Origin: Bdellovibrionales bacterium
Lineage (GTDB): Bacteria > Bdellovibrionota > Bdellovibrionia > Bdellovibrionales > UBA1609
DNA: 64,000 bases
Direction: 5' to 3'
Assembly (NCBI GenBank): GCA_027317865.1
Contig: DAHVQG010000001.1
Span: forward strand, 256,001-320,000
Under the pieces are notes generated by a model. The model made no database searches and was not told the DNA's origin. It was given only the letters and a program-made list of their open reading frames with translations. The position numbers were made by a program, and so were the translations under genes. Shown here piece after piece: positions 19,725 through 30,085 of the stretch; the stretch's first letter is position 1, and the number at the start of each line of letters is the position of its first letter.

Positions 19725-20260
19725 TGAAACTCCGATGCATGAGAATTAGGCACGACACCCTGTGATTTCCTTTTATTATTCGTCGTGAGGGAAGTGCGGG
19801 CAATCAAATCTTGGTGTATTCACAAAGCGCATTTTTAAAAATAGCCCATAGGTGACAAGGTTTAAGATACAAAGAATTTTTCCCCGCGAGGGGCCTGTAG
19901 GCGGGAGCACAGTCAAAATTTATCAACTACCAGAAGCAGGTGATTAGTTGTTTAATTACGTGGATTTTGGTCCAGGAGTCCCGGCACAATGCTGCTGGAC
20001 AGGTCATGGTGGCAGCAGTCATTGTGTTACGCGTCTGTTTGTTGGGGAGCAGTCGTACACTTTGTGTGAGAATATCCGGTGTGGTGAGTGTTGATTTGGC
20101 AAAAGCGGTGAAAGGCACGATCGAGCGACCGGAATTGTTGACCAGATGGAACCTACAAAATTTAACGGAATGCTGTCTCGCAGGATAAAAATGCAAAGCA
20201 TTGTGGCTGGCGTGATCGTTGAGCGCACATGAAAGATATAATTTAAAAACCGCCTTCTAA

Positions 20261-21619
20261 TTACGGGTGCAAATTCAACACGGCGGTATTTGAAAATTGG
20301 CCCACAGCGGTTTGTCCCGTACTGTTAAGAGGTATCACACGAAAATAGTACGTTCCCCAACCCGGTAAACTTCGTGCTGGCATAAAATAGAATCCACCCT
20401 TGGTAATCGGTAATATGGTGCCGGCAAGATGGCGAGGATCGGGCATGATACCATTTTGCTGTGAAAAATTAATGTTTGGACCAATCACTTCGTAGTAGGT
20501 CGCGGCCGCATTCGGAAAGTTCGACACGTCAAAACTAAACGTAATTGTTTGGTAAGGGTTCGTTACGTTGAGCGTACTTTGGCCATTGAGGCTCGGTGTC
20601 GATGCCACTGAAGGTGCTGGTTGTGGTGGCGGATTCGGTGGCGGATTCGGTGATGGTGAAGGCGGCGGTGGTGGAGGCGGATTTGGTGACGAGGCGACAT
20701 CAAAATATAGGGCATCGGTTGCGACACTGTTGCAACGGTTGCCGTTTTGGTCGGTGGCTTTTGTTGTGATGTAACCATGATCGCCCCATGACGTTCCCCA
20801 AGAGTTGCGAATGATCCAATAGCCAACTCCCGGTGGGAGGTTTCCGTTGGTATCAAACACGCAATTTCCGTTCGAATCGACGCTCGATTCACAGCTATAA
20901 CCTTCAATTGAAACCATATGGTTGATGTCGTTTGGATTTTCATCGTCGCAACCGTTGTACACTCCACCAGAATAGCTTTGCCAAAGGTTAGTAGCTGTGA
21001 CATCGACTGAGACGGGCCGATGCAAAACGCCGACGACGTAGGCGATGTCTTTGAATGAAGGGCTGCCATTTGTGCCCAGCATGTGATACGCGGTCGCCAT
21101 TGCTATGGGACTCGAAGGTGTGCAAGCGGCTTGTTGCCCGGTGTATTGGCCATCTGTTCCGTAAGCAGGTGGTCCGTCGGGGCTAACGAGCATTTGCGCG
21201 GCGGAAAAATTACCGCCGTTGCAACCTTGCATTTGCGTATCGCAGTCGAGTAAATAATTGAACGACAAACGTCCAGGGTCGTGCCCAGCCATCATGAGCG
21301 TGCCCCGTAAAACCGAGGTGAGAGAAAAATCCCAACAGCTGCCACATTGGCCTTGGTTCTCAACTGGACCGGCTTGATTGCGCATGCTGTAGTTGCCGGG
21401 TATAGGCGTGGTTGCCATGAGAAACGATTGCTTTTGCGACTGCGCCATGAATCGCGCATTTTGAACATTACGTAAAAAGCCGAGAGCGAAATGGCCTGAA
21501 TATTTTTTGGTGGTAAACGTTTGCGTCCAAACTTGTTGCGTCTCTGAAGGGCTAGAAATAAAACTTAACGCTAAAACAGCTAACGCCAGCATGCAGATTT
21601 GTTTGAAATAGAATTTCAT
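20261..21619 (-). CDS. Secreted C1A (papain-like) cysteine peptidase with Pro-rich linker and C-terminal beta-sandwich
   Basis: NQGQCGSCWDFS (Cys), INHMV (His), IRNSWGTSWG (Asn); poly-Pro linker; YYFRVIPLN FN3-like end. Confidence 0.9.
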   Translation of the reverse strand: MKFYFKQICMLALAVLALSFISSPSETQQVWTQTFTTKKYSGHFALGFLRNVQNARFMAQSQKQSFLMATTPIPGNYSMRNQAGPVENQGQCGSCWDFSLTSVLRGTLMMAGHDPGRLSFNYLLDCDTQMQGCNGGNFSAAQMLVSPDGPPAYGTDGQYTGQQAACTPSSPIAMATAYHMLGTNGSPSFKDIAYVVGVLHRPVSVDVTATNLWQSYSGGVYNGCDDENPNDINHMVSIEGYSCESSVDSNGNCVFDTNGNLPPGVGYWIIRNSWGTSWGDHGYITTKATDQNGNRCNSVATDALYFDVASSPNPPPPPPPSPSPNPPPNPPPQPAPSVASTPSLNGQSTLNVTNPYQTITFSFDVSNFPNAAATYYEVIGPNINFSQQNGIMPDPRHLAGTILPITKGGFYFMPARSLPGWGTYYFRVIPLNSTGQTAVGQFSNTAVLNLHP

Positions 21620-21815
21620 CTGTCATCCTTTTGACGCGACATATGTCGCAGTCATCTAAATGACTTCTCGACGGGATACGGCTTTTCTTTAATCGAATTT
21701 GGTCAGATTGAATTTGGCAGAAAAATCTAGTTGATTGTCTCGCCCGTGCCATTCCAAAGTGTGCCGCCTGATGGAGTCAAAATATCGAAAACTATACGCC
21801 AACACGGTTGAAAGC

Positions 21816-22952
21816 CTAAAACGCAACAAATCCTGGTGAATTTGCGCCGCGGTCGAGGCCGAAGAAGACTCTCTTGCCGTAGAAAAATGGCATACCCATT
21901 AAAAATGGGCTGCCAAGAAGCAAATTCGCCATATCAGGGACGACTTGTACATTACTGTCGTTCAAAATTTCTTCCGGGCTGGTGATTTCAATATTAAAAG
22001 GGTTGATTTTGTCGCCGGTTAAAACGCTCAGATGAATCGTTGTCGGTTGGTCGGGACATAAATAATCGCACATTGGTAGGCCAAATTTCGCCGGAAAGTC
22101 GTAAGTGTCAGCACCCGTATCGAACCGCGATGGGTAAATTTGGCCGTGATACTTCAAATGAAACCATCCGTTCGCGGGTACGGGCAACTCATGAGCGGCA
22201 GCGGGTCCAAGTTCGTTATCCTTTCGCGAGTTTAAACCAAATGCAATTGTTCCAACGATGCTATTTCGCGGGGCCGGCACGGCCGGGAAATCAATTACGT
22301 AACCGTTATTGTCATGAGGCAGACCAAGTACGGGATTGCTCACTGCGAGTGAGGTTGCGTTGTTCAACGGCGAACACCGAGAGCCAATGCATTTATAGTA
22401 GTGAAAGGCAGCGTTTTCTCCGCAATTTTTATCGGTGCCAACGTCGGCGCAATCGTCGTGCGCAAAACTAACGCCAAGTATGCCGTTAATTTGACCGGCT
22501 TCGGGTTGTGCCGCCATGATCGGACATGAAACTCCGTTTGGCACATTTTGCCATGTTTGAATTCTTACGTTGCTGGCGACTTCTTGCCCGAGCTTCACGT
22601 CAGCTCGGCGAATCGGCCCCCAATAAGAATCGCCCCCGCCATAAGAAGTGCACTCAAATATATTTTGGTTCGCGGGTCCTTTTATGGCTGGCAAATTCAG
22701 CTTCTTTGTTAGCGAAGAGAACAGTCGCAAACCGACGCTCCCCGTATCAAGTTCAATGCGATTTACAGTTTGGCAATTATCGGTACCGGGCTGGCAGATT
22801 GTGACTGAAACCAATGGAATATTTGAGTAATTCTCGATCGCGCCACCGCCCACGTCAATTCGCATTTGATTGGGCTTTAAGCGCGAAATGCGCGCGTGCG
22901 CGTTCAAACAAAAACAAAATAACAAGAGTGTGCTACCAAGCCATAACTTCAT
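21816..22952 (-). CDS. DUF3443-like secreted protein (aspartyl-protease-like DTG motifs)
   Basis: PLVSVTICQPGT.NCQT..I.LDTGSVGLR, NGILGV, DTGAD, MGMPFFYGKRVF; start MKLWLG at 22952. Confidence 0.8.
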   Translation of the reverse strand: MKLWLGSTLLLFCFCLNAHARISRLKPNQMRIDVGGGAIENYSNIPLVSVTICQPGTDNCQTVNRIELDTGSVGLRLFSSLTKKLNLPAIKGPANQNIFECTSYGGGDSYWGPIRRADVKLGQEVASNVRIQTWQNVPNGVSCPIMAAQPEAGQINGILGVSFAHDDCADVGTDKNCGENAAFHYYKCIGSRCSPLNNATSLAVSNPVLGLPHDNNGYVIDFPAVPAPRNSIVGTIAFGLNSRKDNELGPAAAHELPVPANGWFHLKYHGQIYPSRFDTGADTYDFPAKFGLPMCDYLCPDQPTTIHLSVLTGDKINPFNIEITSPEEILNDSNVQVVPDMANLLLGSPFLMGMPFFYGKRVFFGLDRGANSPGFVAF

Positions 22953-23130
22953 CAGATCCCGCCTTGTCGCAGCAGTTATACCATAGTGGATCACACGAAA
23001 AAAGCCGGTGTGAAAATATGAAATGGGCCTTGTCGGCGCAGACGTTTTTCGAGGCCACTTTCGGCAAAATAATATGTAAATGACCAAAAAGGGGCAAGGT
23101 GGCGACGGCCGGATTCTAGTTCAACGGCTG

Positions 23131-24045
23131 TTACTTACTTGACTGATAAGGCCCTGTTGAACAGGCATTGGTTCGATCATCAAACAATGTCGTCACGGCA
23201 TAAGAGCGGCCTGACTTTGTGTTCAGTGTCGTAGGGCTGTTGTTTTCGCAAAGATCGGCGATCTCGTAACCATTGCTGGTATTCCAAGCTTGTGGGTAGG
23301 CCGGATTACTTCCGGGTGTGGGGAACGGATCGGTGATGGCTTCTAAAAGTTCGTGAGATGAATCGAAAGTTAGCGCTGAGAAACCGCTCCCGCACCCAAA
23401 CGAACAGCTGCCGGTGAGCGAAGGCATAACGCCATAAAAGATGTTGCCATATTTGGTGCTTTTAAAACCATCGTGGTACGCGCAGAAGTCGACACACGAC
23501 TGGCCTCCGGCAATTGAAATGGAATATCCAGCGGGGAAGTACGTCATATAGATGGTGTTATTGTTGGGCTTTGGCAAATTTCCTGCCGCTATTTGCGCTT
23601 GCAATTCAGTCTGTATGTCAGCATCCGTAAGGTTCGTGTTTTTATTATTCGGAGTAATTGTGTAGGTACCTACGAATTTACCACGTGTTATTGTTTGATT
23701 GGTCCCGGCACGGCCATCGACTGCTTTAATATTTGTGTCATAAATTTTGAGCCAATCGATGTAATTGCTATTTACGAGCGCATTAAAAAATGGACCAATA
23801 TTTTTCTGTGTTTGCGCTGCGACCGCCGAAGTCCAATTCACAACGATCACGTTTGCGGAGTGAACAACCGGTCCGCCATAATATAGAAGTTGTGTGCCGG
23901 CAAAAGTTTGCACGTTGGTTGGGGCCTGCATGCTGCTAAAAAGTTGAAGCGCATCTCTTTTTTGTCGCGTTAAAAACACTCCGTGTGGTTCAGCTAGGGC
24001 AATCTGAGTAAACAACAGAGTCAAAATAACCAAAAAACCTTTCAT
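23131..24045 (-). CDS. Secreted phosphate-induced protein 1 (Phi-1/EXORDIUM)-like protein
   Basis: LLYYGGPV, FCAYH, SHELLEAITDP, GYEIADLC motifs; signal peptide. Confidence 0.7.
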   Translation of the reverse strand: MKGFLVILTLLFTQIALAEPHGVFLTRQKRDALQLFSSMQAPTNVQTFAGTQLLYYGGPVVHSANVIVVNWTSAVAAQTQKNIGPFFNALVNSNYIDWLKIYDTNIKAVDGRAGTNQTITRGKFVGTYTITPNNKNTNLTDADIQTELQAQIAAGNLPKPNNNTIYMTYFPAGYSISIAGGQSCVDFCAYHDGFKSTKYGNIFYGVMPSLTGSCSFGCGSGFSALTFDSSHELLEAITDPFPTPGSNPAYPQAWNTSNGYEIADLCENNSPTTLNTKSGRSYAVTTLFDDRTNACSTGPYQSSK

Positions 24046-24557
24046 GAATCCCCCTTTTACTGCGCGACGTGACTTTTTAACGAGTTGCTAAACGGCGCGG
24101 TAGCCCCCTTGAAACTGTTAAGTAACCGCAAGGCTGAGTCAAACTGTTTTAGCCGGGAGTTCACCAAGTGATACGCAATGAATTGCTGGCCACGATCCGC
24201 ATAAATAGGATAAATTTCAGGCGCAATTCAAAAAATAGCTCCTTGCGCGGGCGGACGCGAAAGAAATAATCGCGATACTAGCTGCACGTGCCAGGCTCAA
24301 CGTCACTGACCATGCAATTCAAAGTGACATCAATTATAGGATCAGCGGTTACGAAAAATATTTTTAAAAAGTTCAAGATTGGTTAAAGTTGAAGAATGAG
24401 TTGAACCAAACCTATACAAATATTTTAGCTACGCTACTGACAGTGATGGCGGGTTTAGATTTAAATCTTTAATCGTATTTGAGGAGTGAGCTTCAAGCGC
24501 TGACTCGTCAATTTTTCTGACTTTTTCTTTTCAATTACTGAGGTGCAAAAAGAATTG

Positions 24558-24599
24558 TGGTGCCGATTTCTGGATCTGAACTGGGAATCTGCATTACAA
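24558..24599 (-). mobile_element. Degenerate tRNA-Thr 3' fragment (old att-like site)
   Basis: TGGTGCCGATTTCTGGATCTGAACTGGGAATCTGCATTACAA aligns with the reverse complement of the 44668-44712 fragment (TGGAGCCGACGGCCGGAATCGAACCGGCGACCTACGCATTACGAA) with many substitutions. Confidence 0.45.
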
Positions 24600-25168
24600 A
24601 GAATTCGGGGCCAACAAATTTAACTTATTAATAGCGCTTTGTTTTGTCCCCACTATCCCCATGTGCCACCGGAGTGACGGCAGTAGTACCAGAGGCAAAT
24701 TTGGCACCAAGGTAGTATTAGGTTTTGGACTTTGGTCCGAATTACTGGACAAAATGACTGTTAATGGATCTGAGAGCGAATTGGTTGCCAGCTAGCAGCG
24801 CAAATGCATGCCCATGCGTTGGCTCCGCCATGAAAGTTTTGAGCATAGTTGGGATTGCTATCCGTTTGGTAAAGGCGGTCATACGCACAGGACAATATTT
24901 TTTTTGAAGTATTCACCTAGTGGATTTCATCTTTTTGATAGTTCCCGGTAATCCAGTTTAAATCGAATTGAATTTGAGCAAATTCTATGTTTTGCCACCA
25001 ATACTGCCCCCGGGGGTTTTGATAGCGTAGTCAGTTTCGGAACTAGAATCCCAATTCCAAAATCTATTTTCCAATTCTCAAATTCCCAATTCTTGGTCCG
25101 AAAACTGGGACAGCCAAACCTTAAATCGAAAATAGGGCTACTGGGATGATTTCCTCACGGTATACGAA

Positions 25169-25184
25169 TGGCATAAGGGTTGCT
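25169..25184 (+). promoter_or_regulatory. Putative sigma54 promoter of the secreted-protein operon
   Basis: TGGCATAAGGGTTGCT (GG-N10-GC), followed by RBS TAAGGAGG and ATG 25218; CCAATTC repeats at 25051, 25071, 25086 upstream. Confidence 0.7.
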
Positions 25185-25217
25185 TTCGTCACATGTCGAA
25201 TCGTAAGGAGGCTTGTA

Positions 25218-26639
25218 ATGAAATCTTGGTTGCAACTGTTTGTTCTAGGAATTGCAACGTGGAGTTTTGCTCAATCTGTACAGGCTTTGCCGTATTATGG
25301 GCCGAGTCTAAAGAAGCCATGTCAGGTCAACCGACCGGATTCAAAAAAATACCGCGACATTGATGCCGGTTATTTAACAAACGAAGACTGCACCACAATT
25401 TATGTAAAGCCACCGCTTGTCGGTTCAATGGTAATGAACGCGCCGAACTTCATGTTTCCTGAGCAACGCGGCGACTGCGAGGCTATGGACGCCGGTCTTA
25501 AATATCTTCAACGGTGGTATGAGCGGGAACTTCGGGATCGTCACCAAAACCCGGCAGCCATTAATCGCGAATACAATAATCAGTTAACCGACATCGTTAA
25601 TTACGGTTCGAATGACGCGTACTCGAGAATAACCGGACAAATCTCGCTGCAATGGTCGAACTTGGTTCAAGCGTACCGAGATGCCAATGTCGGCAGCCAT
25701 AAAACAGTTAAACAATTGCCGATACTCATCGGCGTTTTAACCGGTACCGAAGACGGTGTCGCGGGCTACGGTTCGATGGTTAATATTACAGACCTGGTGG
25801 ACGCGACAAAAACAAGTATCGTAAGTCAAAAATTTTTCGGGCTCCAATTGCCGAATGACCTCATATCGTCAGATCGCTTTCCAATCCCGCCCGAGTTAGA
25901 AAACTACGGTGGGCACGACGATCCGATCATCATGGGGCAGTCATTGGCTTTTGAATTGGAACTCAATCGCTCAGGTACCTGTGCGCTATTAAATGGTGAA
26001 ACAAGATTGGCGCAAGACCCAATGGGCGACTTTGCGGCAACCTATACCTATTTTTATCCGCTTCAAACCGACGCGCTACTCAGTGTAACTTACAACTCAT
26101 CTCATCTGCAAAAAAAGTTGGCTGCTATTCTTAAAGAATATAATGGGCACATCGACGTCGCTGAACTACAAGCCGCTTTCAAGAAATCTGATCCGATCAC
26201 CATCAATTTAAATCCGGGGCTTTTTAAAGCAGACCCTAATTTTGAACATGAATACCTCTCGACAATGGAGCACTATGTTTTGGATGGAATGTTATCTAGC
26301 ATAAGCAATGAGGTTGATCTCGCGGTAGACGGTGCCAAGTACAACACACAACAGACGTTGAACGATCGCACCTGCCATCATTCATTTGGGATCGGGCCGA
26401 TTTTTTGTCACAATCACTATTACACCGTAAACACCCAACATATTGACTGGGCAAAGGTCGATAAATTCTTGGCATCATATGCGCTGTCTAGTTCCGGCGA
26501 GGTCAAACAATTCCATAACCTTGTTTGGTACGACACTACGACCTTCAGGCCGAAAATTCTTCGGGACACATCAATTAAATCTTTTGAAAATTTACGCGGC
26601 TACAAAAGCCTTGCAATCAAACGTGGAGGCCTTAAATGA
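25218..26639 (+). CDS. Exported hypothetical protein, Cys-containing; paralog of 27645-29351
   Basis: Start reassigned to ATG 25218 (RBS AAGGAGG, signal peptide ending VQA); motif YLTNEDCTTIYVKPP. Confidence 0.85.
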   Translation: MKSWLQLFVLGIATWSFAQSVQALPYYGPSLKKPCQVNRPDSKKYRDIDAGYLTNEDCTTIYVKPPLVGSMVMNAPNFMFPEQRGDCEAMDAGLKYLQRWYERELRDRHQNPAAINREYNNQLTDIVNYGSNDAYSRITGQISLQWSNLVQAYRDANVGSHKTVKQLPILIGVLTGTEDGVAGYGSMVNITDLVDATKTSIVSQKFFGLQLPNDLISSDRFPIPPELENYGGHDDPIIMGQSLAFELELNRSGTCALLNGETRLAQDPMGDFAATYTYFYPLQTDALLSVTYNSSHLQKKLAAILKEYNGHIDVAELQAAFKKSDPITINLNPGLFKADPNFEHEYLSTMEHYVLDGMLSSISNEVDLAVDGAKYNTQQTLNDRTCHHSFGIGPIFCHNHYYTVNTQHIDWAKVDKFLASYALSSSGEVKQFHNLVWYDTTTFRPKILRDTSIKSFENLRGYKSLAIKRGGLK

Positions 26640-27643
26640 AAATGCAAACCTTAAATTCGATTTTAGCGACAACTATTATCGGCTTGTCTTTAAAAGTAAG
26701 AGCAAATCAAGTTACGGGAGTCGTCAGCATCGACGGCGGTAAGAAGGGGTTGACCTATACAGTTGATACGAGATCGGGTGACTACGAGCTCAAGCTACCA
26801 GCTGTTATTAATCCGCAGTTTGTGATCAGCCAAAGCGAATATAAACAGTGGAATTGTGGAGCGCTCGATAAACTTATAGATGAGTCGGCGCCTCTTCACA
26901 AATTTCAATATATTGTAAATCCGCAGCCCGTTTACTTTCACGTTGCGAATTATAATTTAAGTACCGTCGAAGCTGAAATCAGTCAGCAACTCGCGCAAGA
27001 CGGATATAGCGTCCCGAAGTTAAAGAATAAAACAATAGTGGTAATAAATCCCATAAGTGTGAAATTTGTTTGGGATAATTCTTCGGATACCGTGCGTTCT
27101 GGAGCTGAATCGATGAGCATAGCCGAACAGCACTTAAGAGCACTGTTGAATCAACCCATTGTTGAATATAGCTTAGCTAGTGCAAAAGGGGTGCGCCTCG
27201 ACGTTGAGCACCTGCCACTGCTGTGCGATATAGCACAAAAGAAAGTCCAATTGGATCTCACTCTTCACGGCGGTCAATACGCGGAACTCAGGCAGTGGAC
27301 TTCAATCACTCCGGCACAAATTAGATTAGCTGACAATACGCTACTACAACTTGATTCGAACATGCGGACAGACAAGACTTCTGGCTACGCAACTTCTTAC
27401 AGTAATCGAAGCGTCGTGATTCCGGTTCTTCTTGGGATTTCGATTGCAAAAGCTCACCTCGTCGCGCAGATACGGACTGCCGACGATATACAATCCATTG
27501 CGTCGGCCATGATTAATCAAAACTATAATCCGGTGCAGATGACTCTCGAAAACGTAAATGCGCTTATTAAAAGTTTGTCTCAGCCAGACGGTAACCTGAA
27601 ACAATTCAATGTAACCAAACGCGTAAAAGTTGAGTTAGAGTAA
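26636..27643 (+). CDS. Exported hypothetical protein
   Basis: ATGA overlap with upstream gene; signal-peptide-like N-terminus (..VRA). Confidence 0.8.
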   Translation: MKMQTLNSILATTIIGLSLKVRANQVTGVVSIDGGKKGLTYTVDTRSGDYELKLPAVINPQFVISQSEYKQWNCGALDKLIDESAPLHKFQYIVNPQPVYFHVANYNLSTVEAEISQQLAQDGYSVPKLKNKTIVVINPISVKFVWDNSSDTVRSGAESMSIAEQHLRALLNQPIVEYSLASAKGVRLDVEHLPLLCDIAQKKVQLDLTLHGGQYAELRQWTSITPAQIRLADNTLLQLDSNMRTDKTSGYATSYSNRSVVIPVLLGISIAKAHLVAQIRTADDIQSIASAMINQNYNPVQMTLENVNALIKSLSQPDGNLKQFNVTKRVKVELE

Positions 27644-27644
27644 G

Positions 27645-29351
27645 ATGCGAACGTTATTTTTATTTGTACTTTTGACACTTATTTCGGGGTTGGCATTCGG
27701 CCAAGCGGTAGAATTCACGCCCAATTGCCGATATATAAAAACTCAAATTCAAGATCCAAATAATTCAAACGGATATTATTTTAGCCGCGATTGTCATACC
27801 GTCTATGTTTTGCCACCCACAATCGGGCAGATAAAAATTCGCGGTGTGCAAGATCAATTCGATGCTGAAACGTGCAGGGCATACACCACGCCTCTCGATA
27901 TTTTGCAACGCCATGAAGATGCCCTCAACCAAGCGTCGCGCGAACTTGCAAGAGCTGCTCGCGAAGTTCAGGCCCGACACGGTGTTATCAATACTTTAAA
28001 GAAAAGCTGCGACCAAATTGACGGAGAAGTTGATCAGCTTCAAAAAACGAGCGATGAACTAACCAGCATGAAGACCGCTTATCAGGACGATAAGCAGGCG
28101 CTAAAATCGCAAATTGCGAGTTGTTTAAAGAAGAACGGTGGAGAGAGTGTTGAATGCGAACGGCTTCAGCAAACACTAACCACGATCAACGATGTGCTAG
28201 ATAAAATGGACAATGCAATTTATCGGGTTGCCCCGGCGCTTGCGCTCGCCAAGGTGGACTCGGCTTCTTGCGCGAATGACCGCGACAAAAGAATACGCAA
28301 AATCGTTAATCAAGATTCACAGTTTCAGGCGGCAAGTAACAAATTCGAAACAGAAAGCCAGAATTTAGAAAAGGCACTTGATAGTGAACTTTCAGGCTTG
28401 ATTCGGTCACCAGGCGGCAATATGTCCGTTACCGTTGAATCTAACCAATATAATATGGTTCAACAATATAAAACTTTAAACAGCAAATTGGCCGCGGCCG
28501 CCGACTTGACGTTTGTACCCATGCCCATAAACAAGGGCGTTATCAGTTTCGATTGGATAACCGACGGGTTGACAGCCAATATTCCTACGATTATTCGTTC
28601 GGACGTTTTCGGTCTCTCTGCAACAAACGGTGAGCGTTCCAGTTTGGGTGCGCAAATGATGACGAAGGGCGATGCCAATATGAATGTCCTGTTTGGCAAT
28701 GCCGCTGGCGCCGAACTGCAGTTCAACCTGTATACGGCGTGCCGACTTTTGCAAGCAACGCCAGGTGAAGATATGAACGACCTTCTTAAGAATATAGCGT
28801 CAGAGCTATCGATGACTATGACATTTAGATACGCTTTGCAGGCTCATGAAACGCTCCACGTTAGGTACAGCGAAAGCGAACTCTACAAACTGATGAAAGA
28901 AAGTTCGACAAGTTCAGGGCTATTTACAAGCTCGACCGCGACCTCGCTGACTGAGTCGTCTAATGCCTCACAGTGGATAATTGTGCATGTAACTTCTGAC
29001 GATCCCAAAGCGGAGTGGCCGCATCCTGAAAAGATGGCGCTTGATATCAGACAACAATATCTGAATCGCGCGCTTATGAAGGTAGCGACATCTTACCTGA
29101 CTTCACAACAAGCCCAACAGCTTGAACCTGGAGCCGACGGAGCCGCAAAGGCATCTCAAGTTTTGCATAAATGTACGTATCTCTACTGCCAATATGCGGC
29201 TTTCGGGCTCGATCTCGGCAACGCATTGTTCGGTGGTTCTGATTCAAGCGCATCAACGACTAGAGCGGCATCGGCAGTGGCTGAGCAAGTCGTAAAAATC
29301 ACACAACCGGTTCAGCACACTGGCACGCAAGCCTATGAAGTGAAACTGTAA
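27645..29351 (+). CDS. Exported hypothetical protein with long coiled-coil insertion; paralog of 25218-26639
   Basis: Signal peptide (LAFG); motif YYFSRDCHTVYVLPP; heptad-rich region about aa 85-250; Ser/Thr-rich SSTSSGLFTSS; C-terminal amphipathic segment. Confidence 0.85.
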   Translation: MRTLFLFVLLTLISGLAFGQAVEFTPNCRYIKTQIQDPNNSNGYYFSRDCHTVYVLPPTIGQIKIRGVQDQFDAETCRAYTTPLDILQRHEDALNQASRELARAAREVQARHGVINTLKKSCDQIDGEVDQLQKTSDELTSMKTAYQDDKQALKSQIASCLKKNGGESVECERLQQTLTTINDVLDKMDNAIYRVAPALALAKVDSASCANDRDKRIRKIVNQDSQFQAASNKFETESQNLEKALDSELSGLIRSPGGNMSVTVESNQYNMVQQYKTLNSKLAAAADLTFVPMPINKGVISFDWITDGLTANIPTIIRSDVFGLSATNGERSSLGAQMMTKGDANMNVLFGNAAGAELQFNLYTACRLLQATPGEDMNDLLKNIASELSMTMTFRYALQAHETLHVRYSESELYKLMKESSTSSGLFTSSTATSLTESSNASQWIIVHVTSDDPKAEWPHPEKMALDIRQQYLNRALMKVATSYLTSQQAQQLEPGADGAAKASQVLHKCTYLYCQYAAFGLDLGNALFGGSDSSASTTRAASAVAEQVVKITQPVQHTGTQAYEVKL

Positions 29352-30085
29352 TGAGAAAACTTTTTACGCTTGCCTCATTCATCATGATTTCAAGTCTGGG
29401 TTTAGCCCAGCCACGCACAAAAATGATGCGCCTTAAAATCGAAGGCGCGCCGGTTCGGCAGCTTGTCGGCTATTCGAATGAAATGTCGTGCGTGCACCTT
29501 AAGAAGAGTTTGGCTAAGCAAAAATCGGCTGTGGCTGCAATCATAGGCATCGAAAAAGCGTGCGCCGACGGTATGTATAGTCGTGACGTCGTTGATGACG
29601 GTGTTACGTACTATTTGCCTGATTACAGTTTCGACAACGCAAAAATGGCGAGTTTAGAAAGTTTAATCGTTAAATGGCAAATTCCAGCGGGAACAGTTAA
29701 ATCTCTGAGGCTCAATTCGTCAGACGCCATTTTCATGGTCGGTCTCGGCCACGACGACTTAAGCGATTTGTCGTATAATTTTGCAAACAAAAGATATCGA
29801 ATCGTTCGAAATTCGGCAGGGTGGTCGATTCGCGCCAGAGTCCGAGCCCTCGACATATGTTTGCCAAGGCAAATCGAAATGGTGTCGCTCACTCATTGTT
29901 CCATCGATAAGACCAAATTTTCAGGCTGCAAGTCATCGCAGTGTATCGAGCCCTTGCCGGTCATCAACCTACAGACCTGTAACAAAACGATAATACCACT
30001 TAGTTTAAGCGCAATCGCTCGCAACTATCCATGGAAGGTTAAACAGTTGCGACGGCCGCATCCGTGGGAGACTTCAAATGACTAA
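29351..30085 (+). CDS. Exported Cys-rich hypothetical protein
   Basis: TAATG overlap; signal peptide (GLA); several Cys. Confidence 0.8.
   Translation: MRKLFTLASFIMISSLGLAQPRTKMMRLKIEGAPVRQLVGYSNEMSCVHLKKSLAKQKSAVAAIIGIEKACADGMYSRDVVDDGVTYYLPDYSFDNAKMASLESLIVKWQIPAGTVKSLRLNSSDAIFMVGLGHDDLSDLSYNFANKRYRIVRNSAGWSIRARVRALDICLPRQIEMVSLTHCSIDKTKFSGCKSSQCIEPLPVINLQTCNKTIIPLSLSAIARNYPWKVKQLRRPHPWETSND

Noticed and set aside
19927-20231. Overlapping small ORFs including a Cys-rich 48-aa frame
   Set aside because: No RBS, signal peptide or nearby modification enzymes; frames conflict
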